Source: Bacteroidia bacterium
GTDB taxonomy: Bacteria; Bacteroidota; Bacteroidia; Bacteroidales; VadinHA17
Assembly: GCA_026391215.1 (NCBI GenBank)
Contig: JAPLDX010000041.1
Span: forward strand, 1 to 53,782
Length of the DNA: 53,782 nt
Direction of reading: 5' to 3'
Part shown: positions 41,984 to 51,633 of the stretch, in pieces
Layout: each line of letters begins with the position of its first letter
Numbering within the stretch: position 1 is the first letter of the stretch
Translations under genes and position numbers: made by a program
The notes under the pieces: model-generated
The model's input: only the letters and a program-made list of their open reading frames with translations
What the model was told of the DNA's origin: nothing
Databases searched by the model: none

Positions 41984-42108
41984 AAGGCCTTCATTTTTTT
42001 TTCGTGTCTGGAATAAACACACCTTAAAAGATGTCTTTAATGATGTAATAGCAGATATCATTGATGTTAAATATTGTTAATGAATACAATTGGGACATCT
42101 CTTTTAGA

Positions 42109-42116
42109 TAATTTTG
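42109..42116 (+). promoter_or_regulatory. -7 box (TAATTTTG) for the adaptor-permease-TolC operon
   Basis: Exact TAnnTTTG match 38 nt before the ATG. Confidence 0.55.
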
Positions 42117-42154
42117 CGACGATTTTTTGAATAATCATATAAGTAATATTTACT

Positions 42155-43696
42155 ATGAAGAAACCACTCATCATTACAGCTATTGTTGCAGTTGTAGCGA
42201 TTATTCTCATAATTGTGATCAGCAAGGCAGGCTCAAAGAAAGATCTGGCAAATCTTTATGTTGAGGCCCAGAGAGGACAGTTTGATATAGTTGTTAACAC
42301 CACAGGCGAATTGCAGGCTGAAAATTCAACTGATATAATCGGTCCTGATTTTGCCCAGAGCAGGATGATCAGGGCAATGGATATCAAGATCACTGACATG
42401 GTGCCCGAAGGTACTGAGGTAAAGGAAGGAGATTATATTGCTACTCTTGACAGAACATCCTTTGACAACAGTCTGAAGGATGAGCTTGAAAGGCTAACGA
42501 CATATGAAACCAACCTTGAGGTCAAGATCCTTGATACAGCTGTTTCTCTGAGCAACCTGAGAGATAATATCAAAAACCTGAGGTTTGCTGTTGAAGAAGC
42601 AAATATTACTCTTCAGGAATCGAAATATGAGCCTCCGACAACTATCCGGCAGGCAGAAATTAACCTTGATAAGGCAAACCGTTCACTTGAGCAGTCTATA
42701 AGGGGTTATGAGCTTAAGGTTGAACAGGCCCGTTCAGATATGAGGACCATTAAAACCCAGCTGGCCGAACAGCGTCAGAGGGTTGCTGACCTGCAGTCTG
42801 TACTTTCAAAATTTATTATTAATGCTCCATCATCAGGGATGGTTATCTATAAAAGAGACAGAACAGGAGCAAAGAGAAAAGTGGGATCATCAATAAGCCC
42901 ATGGGATAATGTTGTTGCTACTTTACCCGACATGACAAGCATGATATCAAAAACTTATGTGAACGAGATTGATGTAAGCAAGGTTAAAACCGATCAGAAA
43001 GTCGATATTTTAGTAGATGCATTTCCTGAAAAGAAATATACCGGTACAGTAACAAGTGTTGCCAATATCGGGGAACAGCTTCCTAATGCTGATGCCAAGG
43101 TATTTGAGGTGCTCGTTAAAGTAGATGGTTCAGACCTTATCCTCAGGCCATCAATGACAACAGGCAATAAGATCATCACCAAGTCGATCAGTGATGTCAC
43201 ATATGTTCCGCTTGAGAGTGTTATGACCGGAAGCGATTCAATTCCTTTCGTTTATCTGAAAAATGGAACAAAACAGATAGTTGTGCTTGGCGAGTCAAAT
43301 GAGAATAATGTTGTTGTGGAACAAGGCCTTGAGCCGGGTGCCCAGATCTATCTGAACAGCCCGGAAGAGCCAGAGAAATTTAACAAGCTGGCAGGAGAGG
43401 AGCTGATTACGATTATCAAGCAAAAAGAAAAGGATAAAAGAGAAGCTGAAAAGAGAGCCAACATGGAAGCGCAGAGAGGTTTTGGCAGGGGCCCGGCAGG
43501 GATGGAAATGACACCTGAAATGATGCAGCAGTTCCAGAATATGAGAGGCAGTGGACAACCGGGACAGGGAAGGCAGATGGATACAGCAGCCATGCGCAGG
43601 TTCCGGCAGATGAGAGGTAATATGCCGCAGGGACAGGGGCAACCGCAGCAAACGCCGCAGACTCAGCAGACACCCCAGACAACACCTAATAGATAA
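42155..43696 (+). CDS. MacA/HlyD-family periplasmic adaptor with a Gln/Gly/Met-rich C-terminal tail
   Basis: N-terminal anchor, lipoyl halves (VPEGTEVKEGD / INAPSSGMV), long coiled coil, VNEIDVSKVK..Q.V...DAFP, LRPSMT. Confidence 0.9.
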   Translation: MKKPLIITAIVAVVAIILIIVISKAGSKKDLANLYVEAQRGQFDIVVNTTGELQAENSTDIIGPDFAQSRMIRAMDIKITDMVPEGTEVKEGDYIATLDRTSFDNSLKDELERLTTYETNLEVKILDTAVSLSNLRDNIKNLRFAVEEANITLQESKYEPPTTIRQAEINLDKANRSLEQSIRGYELKVEQARSDMRTIKTQLAEQRQRVADLQSVLSKFIINAPSSGMVIYKRDRTGAKRKVGSSISPWDNVVATLPDMTSMISKTYVNEIDVSKVKTDQKVDILVDAFPEKKYTGTVTSVANIGEQLPNADAKVFEVLVKVDGSDLILRPSMTTGNKIITKSISDVTYVPLESVMTGSDSIPFVYLKNGTKQIVVLGESNENNVVVEQGLEPGAQIYLNSPEEPEKFNKLAGEELITIIKQKEKDKREAEKRANMEAQRGFGRGPAGMEMTPEMMQQFQNMRGSGQPGQGRQMDTAAMRRFRQMRGNMPQGQGQPQQTPQTQQTPQTTPNR

Positions 43697-43713
43697 TTTA
43701 AACAGCGAATACG

Positions 43714-45096
43714 ATGTTCAAATTCTTCTTCAGATATTTTCACGACATAGAGATTGCTGTTGAATCAATTGTATCCAACAAGCTTAAATCAATGCTTACA
43801 GCGCTTGGCATCATTTTCGGAGTTGCTGCAGTTATCGCAATGCTTGCTATAGGCAAAGGAGCAAAGCAGGAGATCATGGAGCAGATGAAAATGGTTGGTG
43901 TCAACAACATCCTGATAAATCCTATTATACAGGACCAGACATCTTCAAGCGATGAAGGTGAAAAGCAGACAAAGAAGTTCTCAAGAGGCTTAAGCATGCT
44001 GGATGTCGATGCAATCCGTGAGACAATTCCTTCAGTAAAGAGAATAAGCCCTGAGATCTCATTTAACTCGACAGCCATGATGAACGGTGTAAAATACACC
44101 GCAAAGCTGGTAGGAGTTTCAAATGATTATTTCTACCTGTACAACCTGCCGCTGACATCCGGTACATTTTTCAATGCTTACCAGGAAGAGAACGGGATAC
44201 AGGTATGTATAATCGGAGCCAACATCAGGGCAAAATTCTTCAGCCAGGTTGATCCGATAGGCCAATATATAAAATTCAATGGTATCTGGCTTAAGGTGAT
44301 AGGTGTGCTTCAGAAGACGACTGTCAGCCTTACAGGCTTCGAAGAAAAGGGAGTGAACGTGTACAACGACAATATTTATATACCTATTCAGACCATGCTT
44401 CTCAGGTATCAGAACAGAGCCCTGGTAAATACGAAACTTGTCTCGGAAGCATCTTCAAACGTCATGGTAATGGGAGGTCCTGGCATGGGAATGGCAAGAA
44501 TTGTTATGAGTGGCTCAGATGCCAGCTCTGATGCAGAGACCAACTATAATCAGCTTGACAGGATTGTTGTACAGGTTATCGAAACAGAACAGATTACTCC
44601 CACAACCGAGATTCTTAGCCGCATGCTTATGCGCCGTCATACCAACGTAAAGGATTTTGAAATCACAGTGCCGGAATTGCTATTAAAGCAGCAGCAGAGG
44701 ACAAAAGACATTTTCAATATTGTTCTCGGGGCTATTGCCAGCATCTCGCTGATAGTAGGAGGGATTGGTATTATGAACATCATGTTCGCTTCAGTCATGG
44801 AGAGGATAAAAGAAATTGGAACCAGGATGGCTATTGGGGCAAAGAAAATGGATATAGTTGTACAATTTCTTGCTGAAGCAGTCCTGATAAGCGTGACCGG
44901 CGGTTTCATTGGAATATTCCTTGGAGTCATCATGGCCAAGCTGATTGAGCAGATAGCCGGAATTATGACCATAGTGTCATTCTTTTCGGTATTTATTGCT
45001 TTCGGTGTATCAGCAGCAGTAGGCGTGATCTTTGGATATTCACCAGCAAAACGAGCATCAGAAAGAGATCCGATAGAATCATTAAGATATGAATAA
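43714..45096 (+). CDS. MacB/FtsX-like ABC transporter permease (no fused ATPase)
   Basis: LTALGIIFGVAAVI, ISLIVGGIGIMNIM.ASVMERIKEIG.RMAIGA, DPIESLRYE. Confidence 0.92.
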   Translation: MFKFFFRYFHDIEIAVESIVSNKLKSMLTALGIIFGVAAVIAMLAIGKGAKQEIMEQMKMVGVNNILINPIIQDQTSSSDEGEKQTKKFSRGLSMLDVDAIRETIPSVKRISPEISFNSTAMMNGVKYTAKLVGVSNDYFYLYNLPLTSGTFFNAYQEENGIQVCIIGANIRAKFFSQVDPIGQYIKFNGIWLKVIGVLQKTTVSLTGFEEKGVNVYNDNIYIPIQTMLLRYQNRALVNTKLVSEASSNVMVMGGPGMGMARIVMSGSDASSDAETNYNQLDRIVVQVIETEQITPTTEILSRMLMRRHTNVKDFEITVPELLLKQQQRTKDIFNIVLGAIASISLIVGGIGIMNIMFASVMERIKEIGTRMAIGAKKMDIVVQFLAEAVLISVTGGFIGIFLGVIMAKLIEQIAGIMTIVSFFSVFIAFGVSAAVGVIFGYSPAKRASERDPIESLRYE

Positions 45097-45106
45097 AATA
45101 CTAATA

Positions 45107-46588
45107 ATGAAGAAACTATTTGTACTTCCGATCATCGCATCTTTCTTTTTTTCAATACAGATATCCAGTGCACAGGAAATAAAGAAGCTTACATTTGAAG
45201 AAGTAATCAAGCTTGCTGAGGAGCAATCTCCCAATGCCCTGATAGCAAAGCACAGGTTCCGTGCGAGCTACTGGCAATACAGGACATTCATTGCCCAGTA
45301 CAGGCCTTCGCTTACTCTGACAGGGTCGACGCCCGACTATAGTACAGCCTTCAGCAGGGTCTGGAATTCAGTGACAGACCAGTGGGATTATGTCTCAACA
45401 AACATCCTGCAGACAATCGGGTCTCTTTCGCTGATGCAGAACATAGGGCTTACAGGTGGTACAATATCACTCCAGTCAGACCTGACTCTTGAAAATGACC
45501 TTGAGACTGACAAGAACAGGTTTATTACAGCACCGATAAGCGTAAGGCTTATGCAACCATTGTTCAGGTACAATGAGCTGAAATGGGAGAAGAAAACAGA
45601 GCCATTGAAATATGAATCAGCTAAAAAGACTTTTCTTGAGAATATAGAAACCGTTCATACTATGGCTGTTCAGAACTTCTTTTCTCTTGCTCTTGCGCAG
45701 ATCAACAAGCAGATAGCTGAAATGAATTATCTGAATGCCGATACTTTATGGAGAATGGCACAGGGACGCTATAACCTCGGAACAATAGCTGAAGATGAAC
45801 TTCTCCAGATGCAGCTCTCCTGGCTTAACTCAGAAACATCAAGGAAACAGGCCGAGATGAACCTCAGGGATAGGGAAATCCGGTTGAGATCGTTCCTCGG
45901 ATTCAACGAGAGTGTCAGGATTCAGCTTGTCCTTCCTTCTGACATCCCTGACCTTCAGGTAGATGCTCAGCAAGTTCTTGAGCTGGCACACTCAAATAAC
46001 CCGGAGATAATTGATCAGCAGCTGACGTTGCTCACTGCGCAGAGCGCAATGGCGCAGGCTAAGGCAGAAAAGGGGCTTAATGCCAATCTTACAGCTTCTT
46101 TCGGATTGAGGGACCAGGATCCTGTTTTTGCCCAGGCATATTCAGAATCGGGTCAGCAGCAGACTGTAAGACTTGGGATAACCTTACCGATACTTGACTG
46201 GGGGCTTGGAAAAGGAAGATACCGTATGGCACAGTCGAGCCTTGAGCTGGCACAGGTTCAATCGGAACAGGCACTTGTTGACTTTGATCAGAACCTTCTG
46301 CTCGATGTTGAACAATTCAACCTCCAGGCAGAACAGGTTGCAATCGCTGCCAAATCGGATACAGTGGCTGCAAAAATGTATGAAGTCACCAAGCAAAGAT
46401 TCCTGATCGGCAAGATAACTGTGCTTGAATTAAATAATGCTGATACCAAAAAAGACGAGAACAGACGAGCATATGTCATGGCGCTGCAGAACTACTGGAA
46501 CTATTTCTTTAATATCCGGAGCATAGCCCTTTATGATTTCCTTAATAAGAAACCGCTGGAATCAGACTATGAAAACCTGGTAGAGTAG
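45107..46588 (+). CDS. TolC-family outer membrane efflux protein
   Basis: Signal peptide; two OEP repeats (PLFRYN / LPILDWG; RYNLGTIA / RFLIGKIT); ATG 45107 preferred over 45089. Confidence 0.9.
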   Translation: MKKLFVLPIIASFFFSIQISSAQEIKKLTFEEVIKLAEEQSPNALIAKHRFRASYWQYRTFIAQYRPSLTLTGSTPDYSTAFSRVWNSVTDQWDYVSTNILQTIGSLSLMQNIGLTGGTISLQSDLTLENDLETDKNRFITAPISVRLMQPLFRYNELKWEKKTEPLKYESAKKTFLENIETVHTMAVQNFFSLALAQINKQIAEMNYLNADTLWRMAQGRYNLGTIAEDELLQMQLSWLNSETSRKQAEMNLRDREIRLRSFLGFNESVRIQLVLPSDIPDLQVDAQQVLELAHSNNPEIIDQQLTLLTAQSAMAQAKAEKGLNANLTASFGLRDQDPVFAQAYSESGQQQTVRLGITLPILDWGLGKGRYRMAQSSLELAQVQSEQALVDFDQNLLLDVEQFNLQAEQVAIAAKSDTVAAKMYEVTKQRFLIGKITVLELNNADTKKDENRRAYVMALQNYWNYFFNIRSIALYDFLNKKPLESDYENLVE

Positions 46589-46610
46589 GGAGCAATATAA
46601 TTAAGATATT

Positions 46611-46642
46611 AAGGCTGGATATTGGATATTCAGCCTTTTTTT
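46611..46642 (+). terminator. Rho-independent terminator after the tolC-like gene
   Basis: Stem AAGGCTGGATAT-TGG-ATATTCAGCCTT (one G-U pair) followed by a T tract. Confidence 0.8.
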
Positions 46643-46656
46643 ATGTAAAAAATTAA

Positions 46657-46664
46657 TATATTTG
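46657..46664 (+). promoter_or_regulatory. -7 box (TATATTTG) upstream of secDF
   Basis: Exact TAnnTTTG match right after the terminator. Confidence 0.6.
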
Positions 46665-46719
46665 CGCCTCAATAATAAAGTTTCAGAAATAATTACGGAT
46701 TAATTCAAAATAGATACAA

Positions 46720-49695
46720 ATGCAGAACAAAGCAGTTATTATCATTCTTGCAATTGCATTGGGACTGGTTTCTATTTACCAGCTATCATTTTCTTTTGCA
46801 ACCTATAAGGTCAAGAAGGATGCCAAAACTTTTGCACAGGGCGACCTGGTTAAGGAAAATCATTATATTGACTCTCTTTCAACTCTTACAAAGGAGGATT
46901 GGAGCTTTTTAGGCTACACTTTCAAGGAGTGTCAGAAAAGAGAGATCAACCTTGGTCTCGACCTTAAAGGAGGAATGGACGTTATTCTTGAGGTTTCAGT
47001 AGAGGATATTCTTAAGGCACTTTCCAATTACAGTACAGATAAAACATTTACCGATGCTATTGCCAGGGCAAAGCAGGAACAGCAGCGGAGCCAGCTGGAT
47101 TTTCTTACTCTTTTCGGCAGAGCATTCCAGGAAATAGATCCCAATGCAAAACTGGCCGCAATATTCGGGACTGTAGATCTGAGGGACAGGGTTAACTTCA
47201 ATTCCACGAATGAGGAGGTGATGAAGATTCTGGATGATGAGGTTACAAGCGCTATTGACAACTCATTCAATATTCTCAGCACCAGGATTGACAGGTTTGG
47301 AGTTGTCCAGCCCAATATCGCAAAGCTGGCCACAAAAGGACGTATCCTTATTTCTCTTCCGGGTCAGACAGATCCTCAAAGGGTTCGTGAATTGCTTCAG
47401 GGAACTGCAAACCTCGAATTCTGGGAAACATATGAAAACGGTGAAATAATAGGGTATCTGTCGGCTGCCAACAATCTGCTTAAAGAAATTCAGGATAATT
47501 CCAGGAAAACAGAGACTGCGGTTGACCAGACTATTCCGGAAATTGCTGTTACCGATACCACAACTAAGGAAGATCAAAGCCTGCTTGATCTTATAGAAAA
47601 AGATACAACCAAGGCAGAGACCGCAGGCACACTTGAAGAATTCACAGTACAGAATCCGTTATTTGGATTGCTTAATCCCAGGGTTACTGCCCAGGGAGAA
47701 CCCCAGCCGTCAAGCATGGTCGGTCTGGCAAGCGGGAAAGACACGGCTAAAGTCAACAGTTATCTGAGAATGAATCAGGTAAAGGCTCTTTTCCCGCGAG
47801 ACGTAAGATTCCTTTGGAGCCAGAATCCTTATAAATATGACGAGACAAAGACATATTATGAGCTGCATGCAATAAAGGTAACAACCCGTGATGGCCGTGC
47901 TCCGCTTGGTGGCGATGCGATAACCGGTGCAAGACCATCTTCAGGAATAACCGGATCGGAAGTCAAGGTTGATTTCTCAATGAATGCAGAAGGTGCAAAG
48001 ACCTGGCAGAGAATGACACGTGAAAACATTGACAGGTGCATCGCATTGGTGCTTGATGGTTATGTACGGTCATACCCCAGGGTTCAGAATGAAATTACCG
48101 GCGGCAGCACTGAAATTACAGGTGATTTTACGATTGAAGAAGCTGATGACCTCGCTAATATTCTGAAATCAGGTAAACTGCCTGCTCCGGCAAAGATAAT
48201 TTCTGATACCGTGATCGGACCGACTCTTGGTAAAGAAGCAATAAATGCAGGATTGGTCTCAATGGCAATATCATTTGTTATAGTCCTGCTCTATATGATA
48301 TTCTATTATAGTAAAAGTGCCGGATCCATTGCAGACGTTGCACTGGTTGCAAACATATTCCTGCTTATGGGTGTAATGACATCTCTGGGTTCGGTTCTGA
48401 CTTTACCGGGTATTGCCGGTATCGTTCTGACAATGGGTATGTCGGTAGACGCAAATGTGCTTATTTATGAAAGAATACGAGAGGAGCTCCGTGCGGGCAA
48501 GGGATATAAACTCGCAATTGCAGATGGATACAAAGGAGCTATGTCCGCTATCCTTGACTCTAATATAACGACCCTCTTGACAGGGATAGTCCTTTTTGTC
48601 TTTGGGAAGGGACCTATTAAAGGCTTTGCCACAACACTGGTAATTGGTATTTTTACCTCTCTTTTCTGTGCAATCTATATTACAAGGCTTATCTATGAAG
48701 GACTCCTTAAAAGGAACGCAAAACTCTCTTTTTCCATAAAAATAACAGCCAACATATTAAAAAATACACATGTCGATTTTATAGGGAAAAGAAAATATTT
48801 TTACGCGATCTCCATTTTAATTACACTTATTGGCATAGGGTCATTGTTTATCAGGGGAATCAATCAGGGTATCGATTTTACAGGAGGGCGCGCGTATGTT
48901 GTAAGATTTGATCAGCCAGTCAAAACTACTGATGTAGCTGACAGGCTGACCGGAGCTTTTGGTGAAGCCCCTCAGGTTGTGACGTTCGGCAGCGATAACC
49001 AGGTAAGAATAATTACCAGATACAGGATCAATGAAACTGGTGTTGATGACGAAGTTGAAACAACATTGTATAACGGACTTAAAGACATGGTAAGCCCGGA
49101 TGTGACGAAAGAAAAATTTCTGTCTGATTACCGGAAAAGTTCTGAAATGATAGGACCGACAATTGCATCCGATTTTAAAAGAAGAGCTGTCATTGCAGTA
49201 TTATTGTCCCTGGTAATTATGTTCCTGTATATATTTATACGGTTTAAAAACTGGCAGTACGGGCTTGGAGCCATGACTGCCCTTGCACATGATACAATGA
49301 TCGTGATTGGTATTTATTCACTTCTGTGGGGTATCCTTCCATTCTCAATGGAGATAGACCAGTCATTCATTGCTGCGATCCTGACAGTTATCGGGTATTC
49401 TGTAAACGATACTGTCGTAGTATTTGACAGGCTGAGGGAATTTATTCCACTGCACCGAAAACGCCCATTTAATGAGGTAATTAACCTGGCAATGAATGAT
49501 ACTCTGAGCCGTACGATGAATACAGGTATGACATCAATCCTTGTGCTTATAGTAATGTTCTTCGCCGGAGGAGCAACAATCAGAGGATTCCTCTTTGCAA
49601 TGATTATAGGTATTATTGTGGGAACCTATTCCTCAATATTCATAGCGAGCTCACTGGTGTATGACACAACCAGAAAAAAAGCATTGAAAACCTGA
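46720..49695 (+). CDS. secDF: Fused protein translocase subunit SecDF
   Basis: NLGLDLKGG, LTLPGIAGIVLTMGMSVDANVLIYERIREE, GIDFTGG, GYSVNDTVVVFDRLRE, TLSRT. Confidence 0.97.
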   Translation: MQNKAVIIILAIALGLVSIYQLSFSFATYKVKKDAKTFAQGDLVKENHYIDSLSTLTKEDWSFLGYTFKECQKREINLGLDLKGGMDVILEVSVEDILKALSNYSTDKTFTDAIARAKQEQQRSQLDFLTLFGRAFQEIDPNAKLAAIFGTVDLRDRVNFNSTNEEVMKILDDEVTSAIDNSFNILSTRIDRFGVVQPNIAKLATKGRILISLPGQTDPQRVRELLQGTANLEFWETYENGEIIGYLSAANNLLKEIQDNSRKTETAVDQTIPEIAVTDTTTKEDQSLLDLIEKDTTKAETAGTLEEFTVQNPLFGLLNPRVTAQGEPQPSSMVGLASGKDTAKVNSYLRMNQVKALFPRDVRFLWSQNPYKYDETKTYYELHAIKVTTRDGRAPLGGDAITGARPSSGITGSEVKVDFSMNAEGAKTWQRMTRENIDRCIALVLDGYVRSYPRVQNEITGGSTEITGDFTIEEADDLANILKSGKLPAPAKIISDTVIGPTLGKEAINAGLVSMAISFVIVLLYMIFYYSKSAGSIADVALVANIFLLMGVMTSLGSVLTLPGIAGIVLTMGMSVDANVLIYERIREELRAGKGYKLAIADGYKGAMSAILDSNITTLLTGIVLFVFGKGPIKGFATTLVIGIFTSLFCAIYITRLIYEGLLKRNAKLSFSIKITANILKNTHVDFIGKRKYFYAISILITLIGIGSLFIRGINQGIDFTGGRAYVVRFDQPVKTTDVADRLTGAFGEAPQVVTFGSDNQVRIITRYRINETGVDDEVETTLYNGLKDMVSPDVTKEKFLSDYRKSSEMIGPTIASDFKRRAVIAVLLSLVIMFLYIFIRFKNWQYGLGAMTALAHDTMIVIGIYSLLWGILPFSMEIDQSFIAAILTVIGYSVNDTVVVFDRLREFIPLHRKRPFNEVINLAMNDTLSRTMNTGMTSILVLIVMFFAGGATIRGFLFAMIIGIIVGTYSSIFIASSLVYDTTRKKALKT

Positions 49696-49728
49696 TCTTC
49701 GACAGATATATTTTTGATCTTTATCAAG

Positions 49729-49754
49729 AAGGGACGTTGCATGCAGCGTCCCTT
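49729..49754. repeat. Short palindrome AAGGGACGTTGCATGCAGCGTCCCTT (REP-like; possible secDF 3' hairpin), copy 2 of 2
   Basis: 26-bp palindrome with one mismatch; near-identical to 5515-5541. Confidence 0.7.
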
Positions 49755-49825
49755 AATTTTGATATCAGTAATTGATTATCATTAAACTTTTCTAACTTTA
49801 CATTCTGACGAAAACGACAGGATTT

Positions 49826-50197
49826 ATGAGCGGACAGGAGATTTTTGTCATTATTGTTGTTGTCCTTCTTCTTTTTGGTGCTGATAAGCTTCCCGGGCTC
49901 GCAAAAGGACTGTCGAAGAGTATGCGGGAGTTTAAAAAAGCGACCGATGATATTAAGCGGGAGTTTGAGACAAGCACACAGGACATAAGGAAGGATTTTA
50001 ACGATGTTACGCAAACAATAACAAAAGATGTAACCGATATGTCAGATAACCTGAACAGGGATGTGAATGAAGTATCCGGCAATATTCAGAAAGATATAAA
50101 TGAAGTTACTGACAACATCAGGAAAGATGCAAATGATGTTTCTGATAACCTCAGGAAAGATGTAAATGAGGTTGCTGATAATATTAACAATGATTAG
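49826..50197 (+). CDS. tatA: Twin-arginine translocase TatA/TatE-family subunit with an 11-residue repeat extension
   Basis: [19 protein letters not shown]....REFKKA TatA/B signature. Confidence 0.85.
   Translation: MSGQEIFVIIVVVLLLFGADKLPGLAKGLSKSMREFKKATDDIKREFETSTQDIRKDFNDVTQTITKDVTDMSDNLNRDVNEVSGNIQKDINEVTDNIRKDANDVSDNLRKDVNEVADNINND
49952..50182 (+). repeat. Seven degenerate 33-bp (11-aa) tandem repeats in tatA
   Basis: [11 protein letters not shown] / [11 protein letters not shown] / [11 protein letters not shown] / [11 protein letters not shown] / [11 protein letters not shown] / [11 protein letters not shown] / [11 protein letters not shown]. Confidence 0.85.
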
Positions 50198-50849
50198 GAC
50201 AGCAGGCATTACAAAATCATACGGAGATCTTAAAGTCCTGAAGGGAATAGATATTGAGATCAGGGATAAGGAGGTTGTCGCAATAGTTGGAGCAAGCGGT
50301 GCCGGCAAGACAACACTTTTGCAGATAATCGGAACCCTCGATAAGCCAGACAGCGGAACAATTTTTTATAATGGAACGGATATAAGCCGAATGAAAGGCC
50401 GGCCTCTGTCGTCTTTCAGGAACAGCAATATAGGTTTTGTTTTTCAGTTTCACCAGCTTCTCCCGGAATTCACAGCCCTTGAAAATGTTTGTATCCCTGC
50501 ATTTATTGCCGGCAAAACCAAAGCTGAAGCTGAAGCAAAAGCTGCTGAGCTGCTGGGATTCCTGAATCTTAGCGACAGGCTTGAGCATAAACCATCAGAG
50601 CTGAGCGGTGGTGAGCAGCAGCGTGTTGCTGTTGCGCGCGCGCTTGTTAATAATCCTTCGGTAATACTGGCCGATGAGCCCTCCGGGAACCTCGATTCAG
50701 AAAATAAGAATGAACTTCACAAGCTTTTTTTCAGGCTTCGCGATACTTTCGGGCAAACCATCGTAATTGTTACACACGACAGACATCTGGCAGATATGTC
50801 AGACCGCATTTTGCAGATTAAGGACGGACTTATATTAAATGAGTCATAA
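50190..50849 (+). CDS. ABC transporter ATP-binding protein, LolD/MacB type
   Basis: Walker [53 protein letters not shown]; ATG 50190 preferred. Confidence 0.9.
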   Translation: MIRTAGITKSYGDLKVLKGIDIEIRDKEVVAIVGASGAGKTTLLQIIGTLDKPDSGTIFYNGTDISRMKGRPLSSFRNSNIGFVFQFHQLLPEFTALENVCIPAFIAGKTKAEAEAKAAELLGFLNLSDRLEHKPSELSGGEQQRVAVARALVNNPSVILADEPSGNLDSENKNELHKLFFRLRDTFGQTIVIVTHDRHLADMSDRILQIKDGLILNES

Positions 50850-51633
50850 ACGATCATACAATGGTATTTCTGCCGGTGAAATAAAAATATTCCTTGAAGA
50901 AAAGTATCTTCAGTATAATAATCCCGGTTTCATTGCCTCCGATCCCATATCAATTCCACACTCATTTTACGAATTGCGTGACAGGGAAGTATCAGGGTTC
51001 CTCGTTGCTTCAATAGCCTGGGGCCGCCGTGACCTCATACTCAGAAGCGCCAGGAATCTGCTTGATATGATGGAGAATACGCCTTTTGATTTTATTATGT
51101 CTGCCGGGGACACCGGATTTAAAAGGCTTAATGGCTTTGTCCACCGGACTTTCAACGGAACCGACTGCAGGTATTTTATGACGGGGTTGAGGGAAATTTA
51201 CAGATCCGCACACAGCATAGAAGATGTTATCCTCGAGGGAATGGGACCAGGCAAATCACTGCAGGAAGGACTGACATATCTTCGCAAACAGTTTTTTGCA
51301 TTGCCACATCTTTCCAGGACAGAAAAGCATTTTGCAGATGTTCATTCAGGTGCCGCAGGGAAAAGACTTAATATGTTTTTGCGCTGGATGGTCAGAAGGG
51401 ACAATCACGGAGTTGATTTTGGCATATGGAAAAGAATAGATCCGGCAATGCTTTACATTCCACTCGATCTTCATTCAGGCAATACCGCGCGGAAGCTGGG
51501 ATTGCTTACAAGGAAGATCAATGACTGGAGAGCGGTTGAGGAATTAACGGCTGTCCTTCGTGAATTTGATCCTGCAGATCCGGTAAAATATGATTTTGCG
51601 CTCTTTGGCCTTGGTGTAAATGAAAAATTCTGA
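50839..51633 (+). CDS. TIGR02757 (DUF2400) family protein
   Basis: [51 protein letters not shown]. Confidence 0.88.
   Translation: MSHKRSYNGISAGEIKIFLEEKYLQYNNPGFIASDPISIPHSFYELRDREVSGFLVASIAWGRRDLILRSARNLLDMMENTPFDFIMSAGDTGFKRLNGFVHRTFNGTDCRYFMTGLREIYRSAHSIEDVILEGMGPGKSLQEGLTYLRKQFFALPHLSRTEKHFADVHSGAAGKRLNMFLRWMVRRDNHGVDFGIWKRIDPAMLYIPLDLHSGNTARKLGLLTRKINDWRAVEELTAVLREFDPADPVKYDFALFGLGVNEKF

Noticed and set aside
42024-42106. AGATGTC/GACATCT inverted repeat as an invertible promoter
   Set aside because: Only 7 bp of perfect match, the -7 box lies outside the segment, and there is no recombinase in the window
49952-50182. 33-bp periodic repeats as a CRISPR array or non-coding VNTR
   Set aside because: Repeats are contiguous, degenerate and in frame within tatA; conservation is at the protein level
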